NCBI GenBank assembly: GCA_040752575.1
Contig: JBFMGK010000011.1
Location: 2,580 to 66,579, forward strand
From: Candidatus Bipolaricaulota bacterium
GTDB taxonomy: Bacteria > Bipolaricaulota > Bipolaricaulia > UBA7950 > UBA9294
Reading direction: 5' to 3'
DNA length: 64,000 nt
A program made the translations under genes and the position numbers. How positions within the stretch are numbered: the first letter of the stretch is position 1; every line of letters starts with the position of its first letter. Shown piece by piece: positions 47,239 through 57,295 of the stretch. The notes under the pieces are model-generated. The model was not told the origin of the DNA, did no database searches, and saw only the letters and a list, made by a program, of their open reading frames with translations.

Positions 47239-49548
47239 ATGCGTTGGCTAGTAGACTGGATCATCAGACGACCTTGGATCACCTTGACCGGTCTCCTCTT
47301 GGTCACGGCTTTCTTTCTGGCAGGGATTCCGCGACTCACGGTGGACAACTCCGTGGACTCGATGCTGCCGAGTGACCATCCGGCGAGGCTCCTCTACGAC
47401 GAGGTCAACGTCACGTTTGGAGGGACAGACGTGATGGTCGTCGCGCTGGAGAGCGAAGACCTCTTCGGCGAGCCCTCGCTCGCTCAAGTCGCAGATCTCA
47501 CGGATGCATTCGGGCGGATTCCCGGAGTCGATGAGGTTGTCAGCTTGTCTACCGCGAGGCGGATGGACGGCGAGGAGGGAACGCTGATCGTTCGAGATCT
47601 CATGGATGTCGTTCCCGGGAACGAGGAAGCGCGTGGCGCACTGCGGGAGTACGTCCTCAACCAAGAGCTGTACGTCAACAGCATCGTGTCGAGCGACGGG
47701 CGGTTTGCCGGCATTGTGGTTGAGCTTCTTCCAGATGCTGATGACAGCGCGGTGTACTCGCAGCTGATGCAGGTTGTCGGTGAGCAGGAGAATGCTGACT
47801 CGATCTTCGTAGCTGGCGGTCCTGCGGTGAACGCTGAGATGACGAGTTCCATGAAGTCGGACCTCGTTCGTCTCACCCCGTTTGTCGTTCTGGTTCTTGC
47901 AGCCGTTCTCTACCTCTCGCTGCGAACGCTCTCGGGAGTCCTGCTCCCTCTAGCCGTTGTCCTTATCACCGTCATCTGGACGGCGGGGTTGATGGCCTGG
48001 CTCGGGATCCCCATGGCGATGATCAGCACCACGCTTCCCGTGATGCTGATCGCGATTGGGGTCGCAGATGCGATTCACATCCTTACGGATTACCGCGCCA
48101 GTCTGCGCTCAGGCGAGGCGAAGAGATCGGCCATCCGTCTGGTCGTGCGCCACATCGGCATGGCGATTGTTCTTACGAGCGTAACGACGCTCGTCGGGTT
48201 CCTTTCGCTAGCCACGTCGCCCGTTCAACAGGTGATGCAATTCGGGTTGTTCGTTGGGTCCGGCGTCATGGCCGCGTTGGTTATCACGCTAACCTTGATC
48301 CCAGCAGCGCTGGAGATCGGTCGAGGACCTCGTGCCTCAGACACCAAGGAGAGAGGCAACCGGAGCCACCGCGGCCTCCTTGAGTGCCTAGGCAGTCTTG
48401 TCGTCAAGAGACACAGAGCGATTCTCGCTATCGGAGGCGTGCTGTTCGTGCTGACAGCCATCGGTGCGGCTCAGCTCACGGTGGAGACGAACACGCTTCG
48501 GTTCTTCCACCCAGCGACGCCGATTCGTCAGGCAACAGAGGTGGTGGATCAGAGCTTCGGTGGGTCAGAGAACCTGTCCGTCGTCGTGCGAGGCGACATC
48601 AAGTCGCCTGATGTGCTCAAGGGCATGCTGGAGTTTCAGGCGCGAACTCTCCGGCTGGATGCTGTCGGGTACTCAGCGTCGATCGCAGACTACGTCACCC
48701 AGATCAACGGAGCGCTACACGACAATGATCCCACGGAGCGGGTGATCCCGGAAACGCGGAACGCGGTAGCGCAGGAGATCTTGCTCTATGAGATGTCCGG
48801 TGACCCGACCGACTTCGCGCGCGTTGTCAACTACAACTATGAATGGGCACGCATCATCCTGAGGATGAAGTCCCTGTCCAGTGTCGAACTGGGGGTGCTT
48901 GTTGAGTCGGTGGAGGCTCAGGCTTCCGACAGCTTTGGGGGAAGCTCTGTTGCTGAGGTAACCGGCTCGACGTATCTGTTCAAGGTTCTGACGGATCTGC
49001 TTGTCCATGGGCAGATGCTTAGTCTTGTCGTGTCCCTCTTGGGAGTTGCCTTGGTGGTGGGGCTGATCTTCCGCTCTGTTCGCTTTGGGTTGCTCAGCAT
49101 GATCCCCCTGGGCTTCACCATCACGTTCGATTTCGGAGTCATGGGATGGCTAGGCATCCCGCTGGATACGGCAACGACGATGCTGGCCAGCATCGCGATA
49201 GGAATTGGCGTTGACTACACCGTCCACTTCCTGTCCAGGTTCCGTCGGGCGCGGAGTGAAGGTCATGAGGTGGCCGCGGCGGTGGCCGTAACCATCCAGA
49301 CCACGGGCAAGGCAATCGCCTTCAACGTGTTCGCGGTCGCAGCGGGCTTTGCGGTTCTGCTGCTGTCAAGCTTCGGGCCCATTGCCACGCTCGGTGCCAT
49401 GGTCGCCCTCTCCATGGGAATCAGCGGTCTGGCGGCGCTGACGCTGCTGCCCACGGCGTTGTTCGCGACCGAACGCACGAGGAGGAACTCACAAGAGAGA
49501 GAAGCCAGCAATCGAGAGCTTGGTCTTCAGGGACCCAAGAAGGAATGA
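47239..49548 (+). CDS. MMPL/RND family transporter
   Basis: Duplicated 1+5 TM topology; LIAIGVADAIH; IAIGIGVDYTVH; TTGKAI. Confidence 0.9.
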   Translation: MRWLVDWIIRRPWITLTGLLLVTAFFLAGIPRLTVDNSVDSMLPSDHPARLLYDEVNVTFGGTDVMVVALESEDLFGEPSLAQVADLTDAFGRIPGVDEVVSLSTARRMDGEEGTLIVRDLMDVVPGNEEARGALREYVLNQELYVNSIVSSDGRFAGIVVELLPDADDSAVYSQLMQVVGEQENADSIFVAGGPAVNAEMTSSMKSDLVRLTPFVVLVLAAVLYLSLRTLSGVLLPLAVVLITVIWTAGLMAWLGIPMAMISTTLPVMLIAIGVADAIHILTDYRASLRSGEAKRSAIRLVVRHIGMAIVLTSVTTLVGFLSLATSPVQQVMQFGLFVGSGVMAALVITLTLIPAALEIGRGPRASDTKERGNRSHRGLLECLGSLVVKRHRAILAIGGVLFVLTAIGAAQLTVETNTLRFFHPATPIRQATEVVDQSFGGSENLSVVVRGDIKSPDVLKGMLEFQARTLRLDAVGYSASIADYVTQINGALHDNDPTERVIPETRNAVAQEILLYEMSGDPTDFARVVNYNYEWARIILRMKSLSSVELGVLVESVEAQASDSFGGSSVAEVTGSTYLFKVLTDLLVHGQMLSLVVSLLGVALVVGLIFRSVRFGLLSMIPLGFTITFDFGVMGWLGIPLDTATTMLASIAIGIGVDYTVHFLSRFRRARSEGHEVAAAVAVTIQTTGKAIAFNVFAVAAGFAVLLLSSFGPIATLGAMVALSMGISGLAALTLLPTALFATERTRRNSQEREASNRELGLQGPKKE

Positions 49549-49571
49549 ACTACTCGAAAGGAGCAGCAAAC

Positions 49572-50363
49572 ATGAATAGCGGCCGATGGATCGTTGCAGC
49601 CGTTGTCGCACTGGGAGTTCTGGGGGCGAGTCGGGTTGGTTTCGCCGCCCCATCTGGGCTCACCGGGAGGCAGATCATCGAGAACGTCAACGCTGTGGAG
49701 ACAGCGGACGATGCCAGGATGTCGATGTCAATGACGCTCATCAACAGCCAGGGCGAAGCCATCTCGCGCGAGATTCATACCTGGAAGCTAGGGAACGAGA
49801 AGACGGCCTTGGTGTTCGTCGCTCCTGAAGATGTAGCTGGAACCTCATTCCTGACGATCGAGACAGATGGAGACGATGATGCGTGGCTGTACCTTCCCGC
49901 GCTTGGGCTGACCAAGCGAATCGACGCGGGCAGCAGGTCGCAGAGCTTCATGGGGTCAGACTTCACGTACGACGACATGGGCGATCGAGACATCGACGCC
50001 TACGAGTACACCTTCCTCCGGGAAGACACAATCGAGGGAGAGCATGTCCTGGTTGTTGAAGGAACCGCTGTGGATCCACAGGGCTCTGGCTACAGCAAGG
50101 TCGTCACTTGGATCCGGGATGACATCTGGATGCCCGTGATGGTCGAGTACTACGACCTCAACGGCGATCTCCAGAAGGTCCAGACGAACCCTCGCATCGA
50201 GAACATCGATGGCTACTGGGCAGTAACCAGGATGCAGATGGAGAATGTCCAGATAGATCACAAGACGATTGTGGAGATGTCCCAGGTTGAAGTGAACGCG
50301 GGCACTCCCCAAGAGCTCTTCACGTCGGGGGCACTCCCGACCCTACAGGACAGGGTTCCGTAG
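49572..50363 (+). CDS. LolA-like outer-membrane lipoprotein-sorting family protein
   Basis: PEDVAGTSFL, AWLYLPAL..TKRI, SFMGSDFTYDD. Confidence 0.88.
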   Translation: MNSGRWIVAAVVALGVLGASRVGFAAPSGLTGRQIIENVNAVETADDARMSMSMTLINSQGEAISREIHTWKLGNEKTALVFVAPEDVAGTSFLTIETDGDDDAWLYLPALGLTKRIDAGSRSQSFMGSDFTYDDMGDRDIDAYEYTFLREDTIEGEHVLVVEGTAVDPQGSGYSKVVTWIRDDIWMPVMVEYYDLNGDLQKVQTNPRIENIDGYWAVTRMQMENVQIDHKTIVEMSQVEVNAGTPQELFTSGALPTLQDRVP

Positions 50364-50679
50364 CAACCCCATCGGATGGCCCGGGACGGGACCGTACAGC
50401 TGCCTCGTCCCCCTGTCACGTGCGCAGGGAGCGACATGGAACTGAAAGGACCGAGCTCCAGCGCCAGCGGCCGCTGCTCGTGGCTTCTACCTCGCAACTG
50501 GAGCCCCGCGGCGACATCGGAGAGCGTGGCCCAACCCGCGGGTACGGGCGTACGCCTGCTGATCGATGATGAGACGCAGAGCATCCGGAGTTCCTTGCGG
50601 ACTGCCCAGTTCGCACGTGCCTCCGACGCGAGCGGCCTGTTTGAGTTGGATGCGATACTGCAGATGAGGGCCAGGAGAG

Positions 50680-51775
50680 CGTGGGCTCCGCGCCGCATGA
50701 CTACGTGCTCGTTCTCCCGGAGCGCATCGGTCAAGTCTGGACTGTCACGACAGACCTCCCATCCAGTTTGCGTGTCCAGATCAGGTGGCGTACGAGGTTC
50801 CGCAAGGGTGGGCGGAGGCGGTCCATCGGAACGAGCAGGCACGGGTGGACCCGCGCCTTGTCGCGGACGTTGGTGAGGGAGTTCGTCCAGCGATCATCCC
50901 GGGTGAGCTGGCCAAGAGAGGGTAGTTCTTGTCGGCCGAGGTTCGGTCCACGGGGCTAGGGAACCAGGAGGAGTGATGTGTGCACACCCGGCGAGCTCAT
51001 GACACTCAGGCAGCGGACAGGCGCACCACCACCCGTGACCCTTGGCCGTCGAAACGCGTTGCGTGAAGCCGTCAGGCGGATGATGGCTGACGGCAACTCG
51101 CAGCCTCGCATCGTGAGCTCGGACGGAGGCCGAGTGGAGGGCGTGATCAGCACCGAGAGCTTCGTCCACGCGCCCTGCCACGTGCACGATCCAGCGGGGC
51201 AGCGAAGGGGATACGCCCAGGAATCGTTGCGGCCAAGCGTCTCGCAGTGCACCGGGGAGAAGGCGCTACACCCAGCCGACACGGGCATGTTGGGGATCGG
51301 GGATCATCTGGCACGGTCAACCTGCTTGCCTGTTGAGGAAGAAGGTCCGTTGGCTGTCATCCTGGCGCACGCGGATCTTGTGGATAGGTTTCGGCTGCTC
51401 GCGGCCCCCTTCTTGGTGATCAGCATCATCGAGCAGAGCCTTCGGTCACTCACTCAATGTGCCTTCGCAAAGGACGCAGAGCTTCAAGAGGCGACCGATG
51501 GCGCCCGACTCCATCGTCGGCAAAAGATCCGCAGTCGTTGGAAGAAGCGACGCTTGACGACTAACGCCAGATCAGCATCTGCAAGAGGAACTGCCGCCGC
51601 TTCGACGAGCAGAGCTCCGATCGAGACGCCACCGAGAGGCGGTTCATCAAGGTCTGTGGTCCGCGCCGTGACCTGTTCCACTTCAGGTCACACGCTGACC
51701 GACGATCAGAAGGATCTTCCACTCGAACCGTGCGGTGGCTCGGCCGATTGGGGACCCGCACGGCCCGCAATGTAG
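50680..51775 (+). pseudogene. Degenerate CBS-pair plus Swt1-like HEPN gene, possibly with a restriction-associated N-terminal region
   Basis: LREAVRRMMADGNSQPRIV..VEGVISTES; ADLVDRFRLLAAPFLVISIIEQSLR; after a frameshift SLEEATLDD*RQI...RRDLFHFR. Confidence 0.5.
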
Positions 51776-51784
51776 GGAGGTTTC

Positions 51785-52261
51785 ATGACGAAGCTGATGC
51801 TTCCGGCAGGGATTCTGTTCCTGCATAACGTGTTCACAGTGGTGTGGATCGGGGGGATGATCACGCTAAGCTTGATCATTCTCCCCGTTGCCAGCAAGGT
51901 GCTCGGACGGGGGGCGCAAACGAAAGAACTCGTGGATCGGATGCAGAGCAGGCTGAGTTGGTTCGTCTGGGTCAGCATTGCTGGACTGCTTCTCACCGGG
52001 GTATTGCTCTCGAAGCGAGCCGCAGCACTCGACCAGCCGTTCTCGTTTGCCACGACGTACGCAGCTGTCCTCTCGGTGAAACACATCGCAGTCGGCCTCA
52101 TGGTTGCCCTCGCGGCGACACGGAGGTGGTTCCTGAGGAGCAAGAGGGGGAGCCGACAGCGCGGGTTGAGGAAGGCCTCTCTCGTCCTACTGGTTGCCAA
52201 TACTGCCCTTGGGCTGCTGGTGCTTCTCCTGAGTTCGATGGGGGCGGTGTTGAACGCCTAG
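51785..52261 (+). CDS. CopD/DUF4149-like four-TM membrane protein
   Basis: FLHNVFTVVWIGGMI, LLLTG, LSVKHIAV; GGAGG RBS. Confidence 0.75.
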   Translation: MTKLMLPAGILFLHNVFTVVWIGGMITLSLIILPVASKVLGRGAQTKELVDRMQSRLSWFVWVSIAGLLLTGVLLSKRAAALDQPFSFATTYAAVLSVKHIAVGLMVALAATRRWFLRSKRGSRQRGLRKASLVLLVANTALGLLVLLLSSMGAVLNA

Positions 52262-52570
52262 CAGATGGAGGCTCGGCTGCCGTGCTTGGCCATGACGCCA
52301 CGATGGGCAGGTGTGGGTCAAGGCTGTATTGGGGTAGTTGCCGAGTCGAGCGGCGTTGGCCGGTAGGATCACTTCGAGAGAGGAGCGATCGTGATCGGCA
52401 AGAACAGAGGCATCTCGCCAGCTGAGTGCGTGACACGGTGCGGCGGAGGGAAGGGCGGGTCCGGTCGCGGCGGCTTGACGCAGGCAATCCACCCTCTGGA
52501 GAACCCAGGGCGATTCACGGGGAGTTCGATGCGCGGGACCGAACGGAAATCGAAGTGCGGCTACTGCTGG

Positions 52571-53137
52571 ATGCGCATCGGACGCGCGGATTCGTGGTTC
52601 TCGGCTGCCGTGATCCTTGCCGCAGCGACCGCCGTTGTCTGTCTGGGATACTGGGCCTACCAGGAGATGCGGGCGATGGAGCATCGGCTGGTGAGCATCC
52701 TGGGGATCTACGCTCTGGCCGGGATCTTCTACGGGAATGTGGGTGTGTGGATGCATGAGCAGCTTCACGGCCTCGCCTATCGTGGGAGCATCCCCGCGAA
52801 ACGGATACGAGTGTCCTACGAGCGGAGGCTCATCCTCGGTCTGAGAGGCTGCTACCGAGTGAATGGGCGGATGGCCTACCGAATCCAGAGGCGCGCCCTC
52901 TTGGCTCCTCTGGTCTTGTGTGGAGCCCTCGCGGTCCTCGGAGGACTGGGAAGCCTTGTCCTTCCCGGGTGGTGGCTCCCCGTGCTGTTGAGCCTCGCGG
53001 TGGCAAGTCTCGCGGACATGCTCCACGACATCTACATGGTGCTCAAGATGCGACCCATAGGGGACAAGGGAAGATACTGGGACCGCGGCTCTGAAGTCCA
53101 TGTTGTGTGGAAGGCGGAACGGCCGGCGGACGGGTGA
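52571..53137 (+). CDS. DUF3267-like membrane zincin
   Basis: WMHEQLHGLAY (HExxH), ALLAPLVL, LADMLHD; start uncertain. Confidence 0.65.
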   Translation: MRIGRADSWFSAAVILAAATAVVCLGYWAYQEMRAMEHRLVSILGIYALAGIFYGNVGVWMHEQLHGLAYRGSIPAKRIRVSYERRLILGLRGCYRVNGRMAYRIQRRALLAPLVLCGALAVLGGLGSLVLPGWWLPVLLSLAVASLADMLHDIYMVLKMRPIGDKGRYWDRGSEVHVVWKAERPADG

Positions 53138-53528
53138 GCGCGTGAGACCCAACGGAGTGAGCGTCGCTGGGTGCCATGATCGCGCGAGGAATGCACCCGT
53201 TGACCTTCGCGCCGAAGACGTGCGGTCTGGCGGGTCAAGACTCGCTCTAGACGATGCAGCATCTCGCGCCGTCTTGTCGGGGGCATCTTCTGGATGCTCT
53301 GAGGCTTCCACGGGGGCGGCACGCCGCTCGAGATGGCCGAAGCCAAGCCGTATCCACTCCGGCTCACCTCGTTGCCTCGACAGCAGGAAGCCATGCTTCG
53401 TCGCCGAGTGGTGAGACGAGTCCCTTCGGGGCGCACCCTCGGCCGCGGTATGCTTGTGGGCAGCGGCTGCCGCGCGGCGAAGCCAACGCGCCAGCGGACC
53501 CAGCGAGACTCGAGGAGCAAGCAGGGAC

Positions 53529-55388
53529 ATGAAGCGGAAAATGCTCGTGGTTCTGATCGTGACCGGTCTGCTGGCAGGTGCAGGAGGCGGCTCTTGCCCG
53601 CGCGCTGAACCGCCGCCCCTGCGGCCGCAGGCGGCGAACGGGGAGCCGGATGTCCCGCCAGCGATCGCGACGCGCGAGCCCGCCGCCGGCGCGACGATCA
53701 CCTTCGCCTACGGGTCGCCGGAGTCACAGGGTGTCGCTTCCGAGGCGCTGCAGGATCTGGCGGAGATCGTTCGCGGTTTCGTCGAGAACGACGGAATTGT
53801 CGGAGCGGAGCTTGTGGTGCTCAAGAACCGGTGCGTTCTGCTGCACGAATCCTTCGGCTGGAAGGATCGAGACGACGGACAGGCCATGGCGATCGACACG
53901 CTGTTCAACATTCGCTCCATGACCAAACCCGTGGTGGGCACGGCCGTCCAGATGCTCATCGACGACGGGCAGCTCGCGCCGGGCGATGCGGTGGCCAAGT
54001 ACTTGCCCTCGTTCGACAACGCGAGATCGCGAGCCATTACGATCGAGATGCTGCTCACCCATCGCAGCGGCCTGCCCATGAGTCTGATCGCGGCATCTTT
54101 CGGAGAATACACGAGCCTGCGCAGACTGGCCGATGCCGCGGGCGAGCGCGGCCCCGACTTCCAGCCGGGCAGCGCGTTCCAGTACAGCGACGCGGGGTTC
54201 GAAGTCCTCGGCGCGCTGGTCGAAGTCGTATCGGGCGTGCCCCTGCAGCAATTCGTCCAGCAACGCATCCTCGACCCCCTGGGCATGGCCGATACCATCA
54301 TGCTGCCCGAGCCCGACGATCCGCGCGTGGAACGCATGGCCAGCCTGTACTTCGGCGCCCGGGGTAGCTGGAGTCTGCTCTGGAGTCAGGATCGAGGTCC
54401 CCTCTATCCCTTTGCCATGGGCTCTCAGAGCCTCTACAGCACGCCGCTGGACTACGCCCGCTTCCTGACGCTGTGGATGGACTGCGGTGTGATTGGCGAT
54501 CGGCAACTCCTCTCGCCCGAGGCAACGCGCCGGGCTCTGACGCCGGTGTCGGACAGCAAGCTGTCCGGCGGCTTCCACGGCCTGCGGCTTGACTACGGCC
54601 AGGCGTGGATTGTCTATGTTCCTCAGGATGCGCCAGAAGGCGGGGGCGCGGTGGCGCTGTTCGGCCACAGCGGTTCCGATGGCACCTGGGCGTGGGCCTG
54701 GCCGGACCAGGACCTCCTCGTCCTGTACTTCACCCAATCGCGGGGCCAGGGCACCGGCACGATTCTGGAGTCCGAGGTGGACCGCCTGCTGATTCACCCT
54801 GGCCGGTACGAGGCGGAACTGCCGGCGGAGCTGGAACCGCTCTTGGGAACGTACACCGCCCTTTCCGGGCCCCTGATGTACCAGGAGTTCGAGATCGTCG
54901 CCCTCGATGGAGGATTGGCCGTCCGTCTCCCCGAGCAGGTCGTCGTGCCCCTTGAGGGTCCGGACCGCGCGGGCCGCTGGACCCTGGCTGTCGATCCTTC
55001 GTTGTCCGTCTCGTTTGTGCTCGACGAACAGGGAGATGCAACCCGAATGCATTGGCATCAGGCCGGCGAAGTCTTCGACCTGCCCCGGGGCGCCGCCCCC
55101 GAGGAACCGCCCCTCGACCGGGAAGCCGTGCAGAAGTACTTGGGCCGCTACAAGCGGCCGGAGGACGGCGCGACCATCGAAGTCGTCATCTACAACGGAC
55201 ACCTTGGCGTCGTATCGCCCGAGGTGTCTGCCGTGCTCGAGCTATTCCCGCCCAGCGAGGAGGGCGCGTGGCGCTTCCGACTGAACCCTGCTGTGTACAT
55301 CAGCTTTCAGGTGGGGGAGAACGGCGAGGTCGCGTCGTTCACGGCACATACGCCGGAGGGCGACTTCGTCCGGCCGAGAAGCGAGTAG
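53529..55388 (+). CDS. Secreted serine hydrolase (beta-lactamase/AmpC family) with two C-terminal beta domains
   Basis: FNIRSMTKP (SxxK), LLTHRSGL, FQYSDAGF, FGHSGSDG. Confidence 0.9.
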   Translation: MKRKMLVVLIVTGLLAGAGGGSCPRAEPPPLRPQAANGEPDVPPAIATREPAAGATITFAYGSPESQGVASEALQDLAEIVRGFVENDGIVGAELVVLKNRCVLLHESFGWKDRDDGQAMAIDTLFNIRSMTKPVVGTAVQMLIDDGQLAPGDAVAKYLPSFDNARSRAITIEMLLTHRSGLPMSLIAASFGEYTSLRRLADAAGERGPDFQPGSAFQYSDAGFEVLGALVEVVSGVPLQQFVQQRILDPLGMADTIMLPEPDDPRVERMASLYFGARGSWSLLWSQDRGPLYPFAMGSQSLYSTPLDYARFLTLWMDCGVIGDRQLLSPEATRRALTPVSDSKLSGGFHGLRLDYGQAWIVYVPQDAPEGGGAVALFGHSGSDGTWAWAWPDQDLLVLYFTQSRGQGTGTILESEVDRLLIHPGRYEAELPAELEPLLGTYTALSGPLMYQEFEIVALDGGLAVRLPEQVVVPLEGPDRAGRWTLAVDPSLSVSFVLDEQGDATRMHWHQAGEVFDLPRGAAPEEPPLDREAVQKYLGRYKRPEDGATIEVVIYNGHLGVVSPEVSAVLELFPPSEEGAWRFRLNPAVYISFQVGENGEVASFTAHTPEGDFVRPRSE

Positions 55389-55549
55389 GAGCGGCCGGGA
55401 GAGTGGCGTCACGCCCCCGGCGTGGGGGGATGTCCATGGGGCGTCTCGGTGCGTGAGACAGAGCCAGCCTCGCACGCCAGCAAAGCGGCTTCCCGTCGTC
55501 TTGAGGAGCGCCGAGCGCCGCTTGCTGACGTTTGGCCTGGAGCCTGAGA

Positions 55550-55642
55550 GCCGATCAGAGAACTCCGGTGGCCGTGGCAGAGTGGTAGTCATTGGCGGCG
55601 AACGGAACATCAAGAGGCAAGGGGTGACCCCACTGCCCGTGT
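55550..55642. repeat. Dispersed repeat copy A containing the 26-bp motif on the minus strand (55606-55631)
   Basis: Colinear, roughly 80% identical to 57055-57144. Confidence 0.85.
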
Positions 55643-55785
55643 ACCCCTGCGAATGCATTGCGACGTGCGTCTTGAGTTCCCTCAGTTCTCACGCCAAGAC
55701 GCTGGAGGCCTCACGGTGGTATCCTGGGAAGCGCGCATTGCGCAACACGGCGGAGGCGTTGTCGTGCCAGAGGAAGGAGTGCACC

Positions 55786-56976
55786 GTGGCGGCATTGCGG
55801 CGATTTGCGTGGATGGGGCCACTGATCGTGCTGGCGGCGAGCGCCATCGCATGTGGCCAGGTCACATCTTCTTCGCTGTTCGAGATGCTGGCGCGGGTGC
55901 CGCAGGCCGCGGTGCCCGCAAACAGCGTGTGGGCGGTCGCCCGCTACGCCAACTACGAGGCATTGTTCGCCGCCGAGGGTGCGACAGAGCTTCGGGATCT
56001 CGGAGACGTGGCACGGATGATGGAGTCCCTGCCGCTTGGCGCCATACTGAACCGCGTCGTCGCCGGTCCGGAAGCGATCAACTACCTCTCTTCGGGTACA
56101 GGGCAGATGCCCGACGTAGTTGGCTTCGAGTGGCTCGTGGATGTCGATAGCAGCCTCGAGTTCGGGGATCCGCCGGACCTCGGCTTGCTTCTGGGCGGCG
56201 ACTTCGACGCCGAGGCGATCGGACGAGCGCTACAGGGCCGCAACTTCGCCCTCGAGGAGATCCAGGGGGTTCCGGTCTGGCACCGGTTGGGGGATCGAGA
56301 GATCTCGCTCCAAGACCGCAATCCGGCCGATCCGTTTGGCGGTCACCTCGGAGCGGCGGCGCGCATCGCACTCCTTCCGAGGATGATCGCCAATGCCCGC
56401 AGTTGGCCGTTCATCGAGGCAATCCTTGCTGCGGGGACAGGCGAGCTGCCATCGTTGGCCGAGGACGTGGGCTACCGGGCGCTTGCCACAGCCGTCTCGG
56501 AGCCAGAAGGGATGCTCATCCAGGCGTTGCTGTTCACCGGCGCTTCGTTGCGTGTGACGGATGTCCCCGAGCTGTCCGGCGACCTAGCGCTTGAGCCGAT
56601 CGACGGACTGCCGTGGTACTCCCACGCCATCCTTGCCGATCGACAGGAGGGCGACGATCAGGTTCACCTCATCGGGCTGGTGTGCAGCGACAGGGTCACG
56701 GCGCAGACTGCCTCCTTCGTGCTGTCAGGGCGCTTGGAAGCCTTCCATCCGCCCGATCAGCCCGAGCAGGTGCTCGCCGAACGATACGGGGCGACGACCC
56801 GTGCTTCGGTCATCGAGTTCCCTGAGGACAACTTGGCCATCGCCCTGGTCGAGGTACGCTACCCCGTGCCCGCCGACCGCGACGACCCAGACACCGGCTT
56901 CTACGCCACGCTCGGCCCTCTGTTCCGCGCGTGGGTGAACGCAATCCTCCGGCGTGAGTTCAGCCCCCTCTGGTGA
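55786..56976 (+). CDS. Hypothetical secreted/lipoprotein
   Basis: AGGAAGGAG RBS, GTG start, hydrophobic leader ending AIACG. Confidence 0.7.
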   Translation: MAALRRFAWMGPLIVLAASAIACGQVTSSSLFEMLARVPQAAVPANSVWAVARYANYEALFAAEGATELRDLGDVARMMESLPLGAILNRVVAGPEAINYLSSGTGQMPDVVGFEWLVDVDSSLEFGDPPDLGLLLGGDFDAEAIGRALQGRNFALEEIQGVPVWHRLGDREISLQDRNPADPFGGHLGAAARIALLPRMIANARSWPFIEAILAAGTGELPSLAEDVGYRALATAVSEPEGMLIQALLFTGASLRVTDVPELSGDLALEPIDGLPWYSHAILADRQEGDDQVHLIGLVCSDRVTAQTASFVLSGRLEAFHPPDQPEQVLAERYGATTRASVIEFPEDNLAIALVEVRYPVPADRDDPDTGFYATLGPLFRAWVNAILRREFSPLW

Positions 56977-57054
56977 TTCGCGGGTGCGTTGGAGCTGCTC
57001 CGTCCCGTCGATGGGCGGAAGTGCTCCACGAGGGGATGGATCGTGGAACCTGGG

Positions 57055-57144
57055 GCCGATGAGAGAACTTGGGTAGCCGTGGCAGAGTGGTAGTCATCGG
57101 CGCCGAACGGAACGTCAAGACGCAAGAGCTGACCCCGTCGCCCG
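57055..57144. repeat. Dispersed repeat copy B containing the 26-bp motif on the minus strand (57111-57136)
   Basis: Direct repeat of 55550-55642. Confidence 0.85.
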
Positions 57145-57295
57145 AACGGGTTGGCAAGTTGCGCGGCGGCGACACACAAGCCACCCTCTTCACTCTTGTA
57201 GTAGCATGGGATGAGTGGGAAGTGAGGCGTTCTCTTCCGTTGGCTTCGGCGAATACAAGAGAGATCGTGGGAGATACGTAGAGGAGGAAAGACTG

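Noticed and set aside
49952-49970. GGGGTCAGACTT resembling the RAYT-end motif
   Set aside because: Lies inside the conserved MGSDFTY coding motif and lacks the TCTTG half.
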